Source: Paraspadella gotoi
Lineage: Eukaryota; Animalia; Chaetognatha
DNA length: 64,000 nt
NCBI GenBank assembly: GCA_051294375.1
Contig: CM119263.1
Coordinates: 29,319,134 to 29,383,133, forward strand
Direction of reading: 5' to 3'
In this document: positions 43,093-54,825 of the stretch, piece by piece
Layout of the letters: each line of letters begins with the position of its first letter
How positions within the stretch are numbered: position 1 is the stretch's first letter
Program-made: the position numbers and the translations under genes
Notes under the pieces: generated by a model
Databases searched by the model: none
Told to the model about the DNA's origin: nothing
The model's input: only the letters and a program-made list of their open reading frames with translations

Positions 43093-46000
43093 ATGCTCGA
43101 ATCTTCATCGGGTCCAGACGCTCAATCGAACCCGCAAATATGTAAATTTTTCCGACGAAGCGGTTGGTGCAAATTCGGAGATCAGTGTCGCTTCGTTCAT
43201 TCGCGCGAATCAACGTCTTCGAATCAAAATGCGCGGGGACGATCTTCCGTCGGCGACCGCCGAGGGGCGGGGCGTGTTCGGGGCGGCAACGACCGCGACG
43301 TCAATTATCGACGTGGCAATGATCACGACGGCAACGAACATAATTCCGCTCAAGAATCGCATTCTGAGATTCAACCTCAATCCGCTGGACGATCCAGAGG
43401 TCGTGGAGGCGGTCGACCCTTTCACCGCGGGGCCAGGTACCCGAGACGGCACGGTCGAGGGGGGTTTTATCGTGGAGGCTTTGGTGGAAGGAGAGATGAA
43501 GCCGGATGGAGAGAAGAGACAGCTGAAGGAGATCCTGGGGACGTAGTCCAAGTGAAACAGGCCGAAGAAGGCCGATCCATTGAACTTGAAGAACCTGAAG
43601 GCGCATGCGAGCTTAAACAAGGCGATGAAGGGCAGCCAGACGACGATCCGATGCCTCAAGCAGGCCAAGCAAGGCCTCAAACTGGTAGTGGAGCGCCGGG
43701 ATCAGTAAATGAGAACGACCAACAGTTGGACGATTCTCAAAGGTAAGTTGTTTGTCTTTGTTGGTTACCCTTTATTTTTTAACCCCTATTTATTTATATA
43801 AAATCGCAGCCATTTCAATTATCCCCCTCTCCCCCCGTCTCTCAGGTCTACGGAGGTGCGTCAATTGCTTCGTCGATTCCCCAAGACGGTCGCAGTCAAC
43901 GGTGGCCTCGACTTCGAACTTCCCTTCGCCTCCTCCGACCCCGACTGGCCCTACGACGTGAAGGAGGTCGGGCTGAGGATCACGTTGCCGAAGGAATATC
44001 CGAGGGAGGAGATGAGGGTAAGTGATGGTAGGGAAACGTAACTATATTTATTATGCAGTATTCCCTGATTTAATTTTTAAGGAGTGGTCCTTTTATCCAA
44101 TTGAAACAAAAATATTTTATCACTTCATTGATAGGGAAGCCAAGCACTCTCTTCCCAATTTCATAAGGGAAATTACCTTACAAGTTACATACATACACTA
44201 ATGATTAACGTAATTTATAATCTCACTTTTCCATATCCAGATACTCCTTCCCGACATGATGCCGGTCAATCTGCCCATTCCGGAAGTTCTCCGGCAGTTC
44301 GCAGAGGACGAGATCGGCCGTTGGATCCGGGTCCGATTCGATGCCATGAACGAGAACGGAACGCCCGAACTCGCTCTGCGCCCTTTTTTCCGGTGGCTCG
44401 ATAGAAATATGGAGCCAATTTTTACCGAAGGTAAGGAGCAGGATAGTAAAATTTAACTGTAATTGAACTAGCTTTTTAAGTTTACTATGTCAAAAGGCAA
44501 TAGCAGTTGATCAAATAGTTCAAATTAATTTAAGCAGGTTTGTGAGCTGTAAACTTGACTAAATTAATACCATTTAACCCCAGGCCTTTTGCGTACCAAA
44601 CGTGAAATAGCCAACCAAACTTCTGGTTTAAAATTCATCAACAACGAAAGAAAAGAAAAGAAATTCGCAGAAGAAATTCCAGAGGAGAAAAAGGACGATG
44701 AAGACGAGAGCGATGAAGACGACGAAGACGAATGGGAGGACGATCAACGCGTCCCCGATCGAGACGACGACCTCGAAGACTCGGACATCGAGTCTCCCGC
44801 TCAAATGCGTCCTCAGAACCAAGGCGGCAACGCCGGAGGCGGCGCTGAGGCGCCAGTCAGAAAAGGAACTGAGATCAAGTTGATCAACTTGGAATTGGGA
44901 GAAACGGTGGCGCTGATTCGCCTCGTCGCTTTGGTCTTGATGATTCAGTGTTCCCGGTAGGGAGGCGGCGAAAGAAGACTTACTTCTGACCTTACCCCTA
45001 AACTAGAACCGTCTCCTCACTTCAAGGTGCAAGAAAAAACAGGAAGTCTCTCTCGGTCCCGGCAAATCTTTGACGAAGGTGTGCGACAAATGCCGAACGG
45101 CGTCGACGATCCAGTTCCGCCCGACTGTGGCGCATCTTCATTCGCCAGTCTTGGGATTCCTCGACATCTTCGGCGCGACGCCTTTCGATCTTGTCACGGT
45201 CGCCTCCAAGTTCTCCGTCCAGTGCTTCGCGTGAGTTCAGTTAAAAACAGTTTTAATATAAATAATATATATAATATAAACTAATTTCCATTACCCCCCT
45301 CAAAAAGTTGCGACAAAGGCCAGTCTCCTCGTGGACTCCACGCGGGTCGCTCCTCCAACTCTTTCTTTTGCGCCAACTGTCACGCCAAACTGCAGCTAAG
45401 CTTCACCTCCGTCAAATTTACGGCGCTCGTCGCCAACGAAGCTTTTGCCCCTAGTCAAGGGGTTAATATCAAGTATGTGATTGTATGTGAGGAAACTCAA
45501 CATGAAACAAAGGCGTTTTCAAAGCTAAACTGACTCTTCCCTTAATAGATTAGAGAAGAAAACTCCGAAAACGCTGGGGATCCGAGAAGGCCATCCGCTG
45601 CCCCAGTCCGGGACTTGCGTTCACTACAAGAAGAGCTTTCGGTGGCTGCGGTTTTCCTGCTGCGGCCGCGTCTTTCCGTGCGACAGATGTCACGAGGAGG
45701 AGATCGACGATCACGAGCCAGACTTTGCTCCCAAAATGATTTGCGGGTAAAGGGATTCCTCCGACCGAGATTATTATTAATATTCATCCCTATTTTTTTC
45801 TCTATTTATTCCAATAAATCATTTCTGGTTTCAGCCATTGCTCCAAAGAGCAGCCTTTTCACAAGGACAAACCGTGCGCTCATTGCGGAGAGAGCACGAC
45901 GCGTCAAAGGTCTACCCACTGGGAGGGCGGCAAAGGTTGCAGAAACAAAGTCAAGATGTCAACGACCGACAAGCAAAAGTAAATTGGCTCGACGAAATTA

Positions 46001-46147
46001 GTTTGATAATTCACGGTAGCGGTCCTAATCGTGTAAATCCTTTGCAGGTACCGGAACTGTAACAAGACGATGAGCAAAAAAGCTCAGGAGAAAATCGACG
46101 GAAAAGTTGGAAACGACAAAAAGGAGACGAAGTTGCGGCATTCTTGA
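43093..46147 (+). CDS. CCCH-type plus CHY-type zinc-finger protein (resembles the S. pombe SPAC18H10.09-like family), ~9 exons
   Basis: C-x8-C-x5-C-x3-H (CKFFRRSGWCKFGDQCRFVH), RGG-rich stretch, SSDPDWPYDV region, several CxxC pairs, C-terminal GTCVHYKKSFRWLRFSCCGRVFPCDRCH..MICGHCSKEQ..HWEGGKGCRNK. Exons join in frame to TGA 46145-46147. Confidence 0.8.
44081..44150 (+). mobile_element. Terminal fragment of the 53086-type repeat, preceded by TTAA
   Basis: ttaa|ggagtggtc..caattgaaaca..cacttcattgatagg matches the start of the 53.1-kb copy. Confidence 0.7.
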
Positions 46148-46219
46148 TTAATTTTTTTTTTAAATGAAATTATTTTTGAATTAATTTTTTTAATAAATTA
46201 TTTAGTTGTAACAAATTAA

Positions 46220-49200
46220 TCATACAATGACGTTTTTGACAATGTGTTGAATGGGTCTTCGACATATAGGACAGGGCTTTCCGAGCCGACGCAATTTGCG
46301 GGCGCACTTGCAGCAGCAAACCTGTGATGGTTTTGAAAAAGCTAAGTTAGGGACAATCCAACGTTAGATTCATGCAAACGTCTCACCAATTTATCCTCAC
46401 CTGATGTCCCAAATATCCGTGAATGATGGAGGCACTTTTTGGTCTTGTTAAACAGATGATGCATTTATCGCTCAGAGGATCCGCGTTCGCCGATGGTTCG
46501 ACTATAGTAAAATTAGAATCACTATTTTTCTTGCTTTCTAAAGAGGCAAGAGGTGAAGACAAATTCACACCTGAAGCTTCTCCCGCTTTTTCCTCGGGCG
46601 TCTCAACGTCGTCCGGATGACATTGCGTCGAGATTTCCTTCGTCAACTTTCGAGATGAGGAAGACGGTGAGCGCGATTTGCGTCGCTTAACGGTCAGCGA
46701 GGTGACGGTTCCGTGGCCAAACGTCACGGTGGTACCGCGGTTGGCGGCGATGTTTAATATGTTTGAACCTGAAAAGGGAAAATCGAAACGGAATGTCGTC
46801 AATCGCGATGATAACGAGATGAGAGAGGCGAATTCGCTGTACCTTTATTGTCGACGTTTGAAAGAGCGGCGACGGTTCTGACAGTGGAAGCCGATGTGGA
46901 AGAGATCGTGGAAATTGCAGGGGATTTAGATGACGGATTAGGCGAACTTCCCCTGGAGACAGCGAATTCGAAATGAAAAGTCAATATTAATAAAAATAAC
47001 GAGGAAAAATACAAGATAAATCTTATTAACTTTTTCTTCTACCTGATAGAAAATATCACAGTCGAGGTTCTTGGCGAGGGCGGAGTCTTGGCCTTCCGCT
47101 CTCCCGATGATTGGAGGCGATAGTCCCCGGCCGCGGAGATCCTGTCGCGCTTAGAGGGGTGGTTGGCCGTCCGAAAGGCGGAGGCGTTCGAGGAGGACGA
47201 GCTTTGACGATCCTTTCGCTTCCGACAAAAGGCGGGACCGTCGACGGGGCGTTTGAAGAGCGGGACGTCGTCTCCGGACGCGGCGCTCAACTCCTCTGTC
47301 GAGGAACCCGTCGCCGAGGAGCCGGAAATGTTTCGCCGCTGAACAAGGGAATAAATGAGAAACTATTTCAATAGCCGGGTTGCCGGTGATGCCCATTTGG
47401 ACCGTTATGTTGGCTTATGGGGCTTCAGTGACGCCTCCTGTCACTGGCACGGTCGCGCTTTGCCAACGCAGAGGGAAGTCGTTAGGACTGGATGGAACGC
47501 AACGCTTGGGATGGTGCGTTCCCCCTCTGAGCCAATGGAATTGGTTGAACGATGGTGGATGTGAGGCGGTGTGAATATATTTTTTAGTTATAATAAATTA
47601 AAAAATATATTGTATAAAGCCATTGCTAAATCAAGTCGACGCCTCACCCGATCGATCTGCGGTAGAGCATCCATCAGTGAATCAACCGCATTGGTCTGCA
47701 CGGCGCTCTCCACAGATTCCATCCCGCGACGACCCTGTCTCGACGAGTCGAACCTCTTCGCGCGACGAAGAGGCTCTCGGCGCGAGAAGCCGAGGAAAGC
47801 TTGACCCGGCGTGGGGGCGTCGTCGACGACAGCGTCGCCGCCGGCGTCTAAGATCGGAACGCTGATGTCGCTAAAGGCGGAAAAGAGGGACGAGCCGGAA
47901 TCGAGGCCGGACGAAGGTGGCTCGTTTTCGGTCGACCTGATGAGAGATTTAGTGAGAGATATAATCGAGGACGTAGAACTTGGATTAACGTCGGATTCAC
48001 TGAACTGAACTGAACTGAACTGAACTGAAAATCTAACCTCCCTTGCGCCAGTAATCCTTCCAAAGAGGCGTTTGATTCCAAAGAAGAGATCCCCGATTCG
48101 TGAACATCGCCAATGTCCATCTCTGCCTCACGACGTCGAATTCGCGCCGCCGCCAACGCCGCTTCTTCATCCGGCGCCACCTCTCCGGCGTCTTCGATGG
48201 CCATCCGTGACGTTGAATAGTTTGTCGACGCCGATCCTAATCCGAAGAGCCTCGCCGGGAGAGTAGCGGCTTTCGACTTATCACGCGGCTCTCTAATCGT
48301 AAATGGATTTGTATCGGAACTCATCGCAGAGCGGACCGCCCCTTCTTCAGCGCGGCGTCGGGTCCCGAATCGGCCTCGGCCACGCGACGGCATCGGAGCG
48401 CGAAAGGCGAAACTCTCCGCCATCGAGTCCGTGGACCGAGTCTCCACCGGGGACAAAAGGTCTTGACTTCCTCCGAATCCAGAGTCTTGACTCCCAATGG
48501 TCGACATCGAGGACTGAGCGCCGCTTCGTAGTTCTTCGCCGATGGCGTCGGGTCTTTCCCCGACCCGCGCATCTCCCATTGAGTCGACCGTCCGCCATTC
48601 GCCGTGGGAAGAGACCGTCGTAGAGATCTGACTCAAAGTCGACGATCTGCTCCAACATCGAGGTGGCTCTTTATCCGCCTCTTCTGTCAGAGGATTCGAA
48701 CTCAGCGTGGAAGCTCTGCTCCAGCAACGCAGCTCCTTTTCCGATTCTTCGGGAAGAGCGTTCAAACTCGGGGCCGCAGCTCCACTCCAACGACCAACGT
48801 TTTGATTTTCTTCTGCCGTCGAAAGAGGTCTCATTTTCAGAGTCAGTCGGTCGTCGTCGTTTCTTTCTCCGCCTCCATCGAGGACGCTTTCTCCGCCGGT
48901 CCAATCAAAGTCGAGCAGACCCGACGGCGCCTCTACTTTGGCGGCGTCATTTTTCTGTGTCGCTTCGACGGCGTCTTCGTCGTCGCTGTCCAGTTTATCG
49001 TCAGGATTGCTCCGGCCCCGAGATCGGCGCATCCTGTGCAGCCAGCCTGGACGGAGCTTCCAGCACCGTTCGCAGTATCGGACGTAAGGCTTGTTACGAG
49101 CGCCGCACTCCCCGCAGCGCCACTTGTCCTAGAGAAAGAAACGAGGACGTACATGGTAAGTAATATTATGTTACTATTTAATACTATTTACTCTAATATG

Positions 49201-52200
49201 TACCTGACGCACGGGGTCGGAATCTGCTTCAGATTCAGAAGACGTCGCTTCTTCCCCTTCGATCAACCGACGTTGCTGCGAAAAACAAAAGGGCTTCGGT
49301 TAGGAAATAACTTCATCAGATCTCCCTCTTGTTCTGATTCCTCTTTTTCTGTCTTTGTCTCCGTCTCTCTGAACACAAATAACCTGACGACTTTCCTCTT
49401 CGAATTCAAACTCGACTCCCTCTTCTTCTTCCTCCTCTTCGTCGTCGTCCTCGTCGCTGGAATGGTCGGCCCAAAACTCGACGTCGGAATCGGCTCGAGC
49501 GCAAGCGGCGGAGAGGAAAGCGTAGTCGTGGTTCTGGAAGGACGGATGAGGAGGGAGAGGGGGGGGATGAGGAAGATGAAAACTGAGGAAGAGGACTTCT
49601 CATTGAGTGGAGATTTTTAGTCGGGCTTATACGTAAATTCTGCAGAGTAGCTTATGGAAAAAAGATACTAATAACGCTGAATAATGTATATTGTATAATA
49701 AACATAAAAATACTCAAGTGTCAAAATTGAATTCCTAACTGAACAAATGAAATAAACCTCGGCACGTTAGTCAATATTCCCTCATGCTTCATTGAAGTGA
49801 CGAACCTCTTGACCGAGCAGCTCCTCGTCGTCTTCCTCTTCTTCGTCGTCGTCGTCTTCCTCGGCGTCGCCTTCGGATTCCGATTCGACTTCGAACTCTA
49901 CCTGGAATCCCTCGCCCTCCGCTTCGATTCGCCGCTCCACACCGCCGACGCCCACAGTCGACGAAGACTCGAGAAACCACAAGTCGTCGGATGAGTCCTC
50001 CACGGGGGCAGTCTCGTATCCCTGGTGGGTTGAATTGGGGGGGGGGAAGATTGTGAAATTACATAATTAATATTAATCATATAATTTCAAATTAAGCTTA
50101 ATAAGAATTATCACCGGTCTCCAGCTACCGCTGCCGCTCCTTACCTGCAGGCTGAGGATTTCGCTCTTCTCGTCGGAGGCGACGCTGGCGGAACTGAGTC
50201 TTTGCTGTGAGAAGAACCAAGGGAGGAGCGGGAAGAAGGAGAGGGAGGAAAGAGAGAGAGGGGAGGCGGAGAGGGAGACGGACGAGGCCGTGGCGGTCTC
50301 CGCCGATGACGAGACTCGTTTCGCGCGAGAGCGGGGAGAAAGGTCGGGCGGGGTGACGATGACGCCGGGGTCGGTGGAAGCGATGATCGAGGGGCGCGAT
50401 GGAGACGCTTCGGGCGTCGTAAGTCGATGAATCACGTCCTCTTCGGTGCCAAAGGGAGAGGGGCGCGCCATGGGCCGTGCCTCGTCGTCTAGACCGAAAG
50501 AGAAGCGAAGGTGAAAGGGAGAAAAGTCTGAAGAATTAATTACGTCCGAAAATTAATCGGCAGGAAAATAAAACCAAGTTTCCGTCACGTTAAGATTTGA
50601 AAACGATCGCCATCGAAAAATACTTTTAATTTGAGTTCCATTGGCAATTGCATGAATATTTACGATAATATTGACGCAAATAATCATGCAATTGACAAGG
50701 GAACTTCCCTTACCATCGTATTTTTTCGAGTCGGCCGATGATTTCGAGGTCTGTTCATCAATTAGTTTCCTATTAAAAAAATGACGGAAGAAAAAAAATT
50801 ATTGCTGGGGATGACGCAATTTTTGTCCAGTCATCAGAAACATCGATTGTTAATTTGAAGGAGAACCGAGAGAAGAAAGGGAGAACGAGAGAGATAAGAG
50901 ACGGGGGAAATAGGGAGAGAGATCGCAAGAGGGCTCGATATTAAACAGGTCCGGACTTGCCAAACGCGTCCAAAAAAGCGAGAGAAGGAAAACTGGCCTC
51001 TGCCCGTCTTGACTGGAACATTTATAACTCTCCTTGAAAATATGTTTTGTTTTATTTTTTATTCCAGAATTTTTAAAAATTAACTAAGAAAAATAGTAAA
51101 TGAATAGTTTTGTCACTAAAATTGAGAGAACATAGCGTTTTCCAGACATAGTAACTGGACAATTGACATTTATACATTTTTTTATTCCGCTCGAAACTCA
51201 CTCTATTTCGTCGATAGTAAAAGACTGGACAGATAAGACGCCACCTAATGGATCATCGGCGACATTGATGAGACGGGGATCGGCCGCGTCGAAAAGACGT
51301 CTCACCAAAATGTATTCGCGGAGATAGAATAGAATCTGCGGGAAAAACAAAATGTACTTTTAAATCATCGACAGTCGGTTATGATTGCGGCATTGATTGC
51401 CGAATTAAAAACAATTTACAAACTACAAGCTATTTTTAATCTTTTTCTAGTGCGAAATTAGTGGCAAATCAAGGAAAAAGGGGAGAAGAGTTGCAGTTTA
51501 TACCATGATGGGAAAAAAAATTTTCGCGGCAACTTTTTAACTATTTTTAACATTTTAATATAAAATCAAAAAAGAAAAATTTAATATTAAAAAACTTTAA
51601 CCTTTTTTAATTTATATAAGCTGTATCTCATTTATGTACAACAATATTACAAAAGTATTATGTAAAAAAAAATTAATTATCTAAAAAAAAATTTTAATTT
51701 TTTATACTTATTCAATTTTTATTTTTTATTACTTTTTAAGTTAAACAGATACTATTTAAAATACCTGCCTTTGGTCAGTCTCATGTCAAAAGGCTACTGT
51801 ATCATCTTAATTAAAACAAATTCGTGAATTAATTTTAATTTTTATATTAAAAAAATAGCATTAAAAATATATTAATATTATAAATATTTTAAAATATTTG
51901 TTATATTATAAAACATTAGTAAATATTATAAATCTTTGAGTATTGATTAACCTTTCTATAAATAAAATTAATTTTTATCTTTAAATATATTATCAATATT
52001 AAGTATCAAATAAATCTAATAAAAATTTTAAAAAATTGAATATTTTTTTTTTTTAATAAAAAAGTAATATATCATAATATTATATAATAAAAAAGCTTCA
52101 TAAAGGATTTATCTTTTAAACTGCTTGCCTAAAACCATTTATAACAACTATTAAAATTAAAATATTAATAATAATATAATTATTTATTCGACTTAAAAGA

Positions 52201-53517
52201 AGTTAAAAACCTTTTGGAAATTTCTGTATAAATTAAATAATTTATACAGTAAAGAATAAATATTTTTATTCCATCCTAATAAAGTTATATTTATATTAAA
52301 AATTTATTTATAAAAAAATATATTTGATAATAAAATTAACTAATTTTTCCAAACCGCGACAATTTTTTTTCCATCATGGTAACTGTAATGTTAGTTAAAT
52401 GTTTTGCAAAAATATTGAAACGATAATAATTATATTTTGACTAAAATCAATGTCAGTAGATTTACCTCATACAAATTTATTAACGATTATAACGATTCTA
52501 TTTACGATTGATAGACTTCTCTCCTCCTCGTGAAGTTGTAGTATTTGATTTAAAAGCTTAATCGATAATTTTTTTATATGTAAGGGTTTACATAGATTAA
52601 AGCAAACATTCAGGTAAGTGCGTAAACACATTTTATTCCTTTTTCTAAACTAGTCTACAACTAGAGATATTTTTAAAAAAAAATTACATTTTTCGCATGA
52701 TAAAATGGTGAGATTAAATGATAAAAAAATTTAACTACGTGCAAGTCAACCATAAAGTTAATTTCAAAAATAAAAATAAAAGAAAATAAATAAAAGAATT
52801 AAATTTATTAATTAGCGAAACATGAATTGATATATACTGTCATTGAATTTACTTGCTGTCTCGTGAAAATCTCCCCTTCTGCCCCGACGCTTCTGAGGAT
52901 GCGAAGAAAGTCCTCCGAGGGACGATGATGCTTCGGGGTTAACGAAAGTTTAAAAGACAAGATAGCTTATTTATTAAATGAATGGATAATTTTTATATTG
53001 GTTGTACCAATTTCATAAAATTCAGCTCCTTGTATTTTGATGCTAGTGCGGAGTACAATATAGTATTCCCCGATCTAATACTTAAGGGAGTGGTCTTTTC
53101 ATACAATTGAAACATTCTTTGAAATATTATACCACTTCATTGATAGGAAAGCCAGGTTCACTGGGAGTGAATAAATAAGACTGTGAGAGAGTCTTGATTG
53201 AAAGCTTGCAGAAACCTGCTATGTTATTATCTTGTAAGTGTGATGGAGGCCTTAAACCACCAAAGCCTGTCCAAAGTCAGGGACAAGATAGCTTATTTAT
53301 TAAATGAATGTATAATTTTTATATTGGTTGTACCAATTTCATAAGAGGACGGGGAAGTGGGGGGAGGGAGAAAATTGGTTTAGTCAAAAACGGAGACTTG
53401 GTTAAAGGGAACCCCTAGGCAACGAACGACGGCGTTATATGTGCCACGCCTACTTCCGTCGTTTGTAGTAGGTACTACCTTGAAATCATAATTGAAGATG
53501 GGAAAATTAGGCGCCAT
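46220..53517 (-). CDS. MDM2: MDM2/MDM4-family E3 ubiquitin ligase, ~14 coding exons
   Basis: p53-binding SWIB domain RPSEDFLRILRSVGAEGEIFTRQQ|ILFYLREYILVRRLFD..DDPLGGVLSVQSF (52853-52930, 51202-51335); LPWFF and SLQGYETA..SDDLWFL motifs; acidic VEFEVES; RanBP2 zinc finger WRCGECGARNKPYVRYCERCW (~49065-49128); C-terminal C2H2C4 RING CIICLTRPKSASIIHGYLGHQ|VCCCKCARKLRRLGKPCPICRRPI. The first coding exon 53479-53517 is inferred from phase compatibility. Confidence 0.92.
51503..52379. mobile_element. AT-rich non-autonomous DNA transposon (~880 bp) in an MDM intron
   Basis: ~27-bp imperfect TIR CCATGATGG(G)AAAAAAAATT(T/G)TCGCGG at both ends, TA on each flank, very AT-rich ORF-less interior. Confidence 0.75.
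53086..53344 (+). mobile_element. Interspersed repeat (possibly Kolobok-like: TTAA|GG terminus)
   Basis: Begins ttaa|gggagtggtc; partial copies at 28472-28636, 44081-44150, 52956-53018 and 55493-55582. The superfamily assignment is inferred from one terminus only. Confidence 0.65.
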
Positions 53518-53671
53518 AAAAAAATAAGTTGATCCTTTTGCGAGAGAAAAGACGAAATAAAGTTTAGAAGCAGAAAAAATAAATTATTTCGTTCCTCCCA
53601 CGTAAATGGAATGAGAGGGTCGAGGATCGAGAGAGCGCGCCGAGGCAGGACCGACCAACCTTTATTTTCTT

Positions 53672-53706
<35 letters not shown>

Positions 53707-54825
53707 TATTACTCACCACTTACGAAATCTTAGAATTTTGCATCGGGCCAGGTCTCGACTTGCAAGGTAATATTATTTTTCGCACTTCCATCGAAATTTA
53801 TTATTTCATATTTTAATTAATTATTGAACTTTTATTAATAGGCTAAAATAGCTATATTTGTCATTAAGTATATATGCGTAATTATGGAATTACCAAAAAA
53901 AAAAACACTGTGCTAACCTGAGGGTTCGACATATGGGGCCCCGTCGCTTAGAAACGCCGACGAAGATGTGACGATTTATGAAATCCTATATTTTTAATAA
54001 AAAGTTAAATACGATATTTAAACAATTCCAGACTTTTGTCAGTCAAGCTTACTTCCTTTAGTTTTACCTAATCTTTCATTTTCACCCGAAATTTGTTTTC
54101 AAGAAGAGATGAAATGATGAAGTTGATGAGAATTGACGAAACCTCCTAGCATCAAACGCGCCTCATAGACTATTTGTCGCGCATGAATACGCATAGGCCT
54201 ACCGCTCGCCGGCCCGGGCAAGCCCATTTTCCATCAGCGCTCAGTTTTCGGTCGAGTAGTAAAAGTTTTAAACATTTTCCACTGAGATAGGATCAACCAA
54301 GTTAAAATTTAAAATAAAATTTGATATTTATGAAATAAAATAAACGCCACAAAGTCAAACAGTTAAAACCATATTGAAAAACTGCTTACTCAGCCACGCC
54401 GAGCCAGGCCCTTTTTCTGGCTGGCCGTTCAGTTCCTGAGTCAATTACTGCTCCGCTCTGCGGATTTCTTGGAACACGAACATCAAACGTGTTGTTTTCT
54501 CGAGTTGGGAGTAATAGAAAGTCTAGGCCCGTTTGTTTTCCATTCTAGTTTAACAACTACGTCATCACAGTTAAAACAGTACTTTTTACCCATGAAATTA
54601 GATAATTAAATTCTCGAGTATATCCTCAAATCTCAATATCCAGCGTGAGAGGAAGAGGAGAATATTTAATCCGATTGCATTTGTTTTTTCTCGTCAGGAC
54701 AATCAGTTTTCGAGATTACAAGACAGCTCAATCAACTTCATGTAATCGATGATCGCATATCACAGACATTCTTCTCGACGGGAATTGCATCATCTCATCG
54801 CATCTTCGTCACCATACATCGCACC

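Noticed and set aside
48604-49620. 338-aa plus-strand ORF
   Set aside because: Antisense shadow of GC-rich MDM exons with no domain signal.
51503-52379. AT-rich block as a mitochondrial insertion (NUMT)
   Set aside because: No convincing mitochondrial rRNA, tRNA or ORF motifs; terminal inverted repeats explain it better as a transposon.
42142-52933. AAG 3' splice sites (42142, 45024, 45305, 52931)
   Set aside because: Only a handful among several dozen introns, not clearly above the usual minor frequency.
53910-53950. GGTTCGA B-box-like motif (tRNA/SINE)
   Set aside because: No A-box or cloverleaf pairing could be built.
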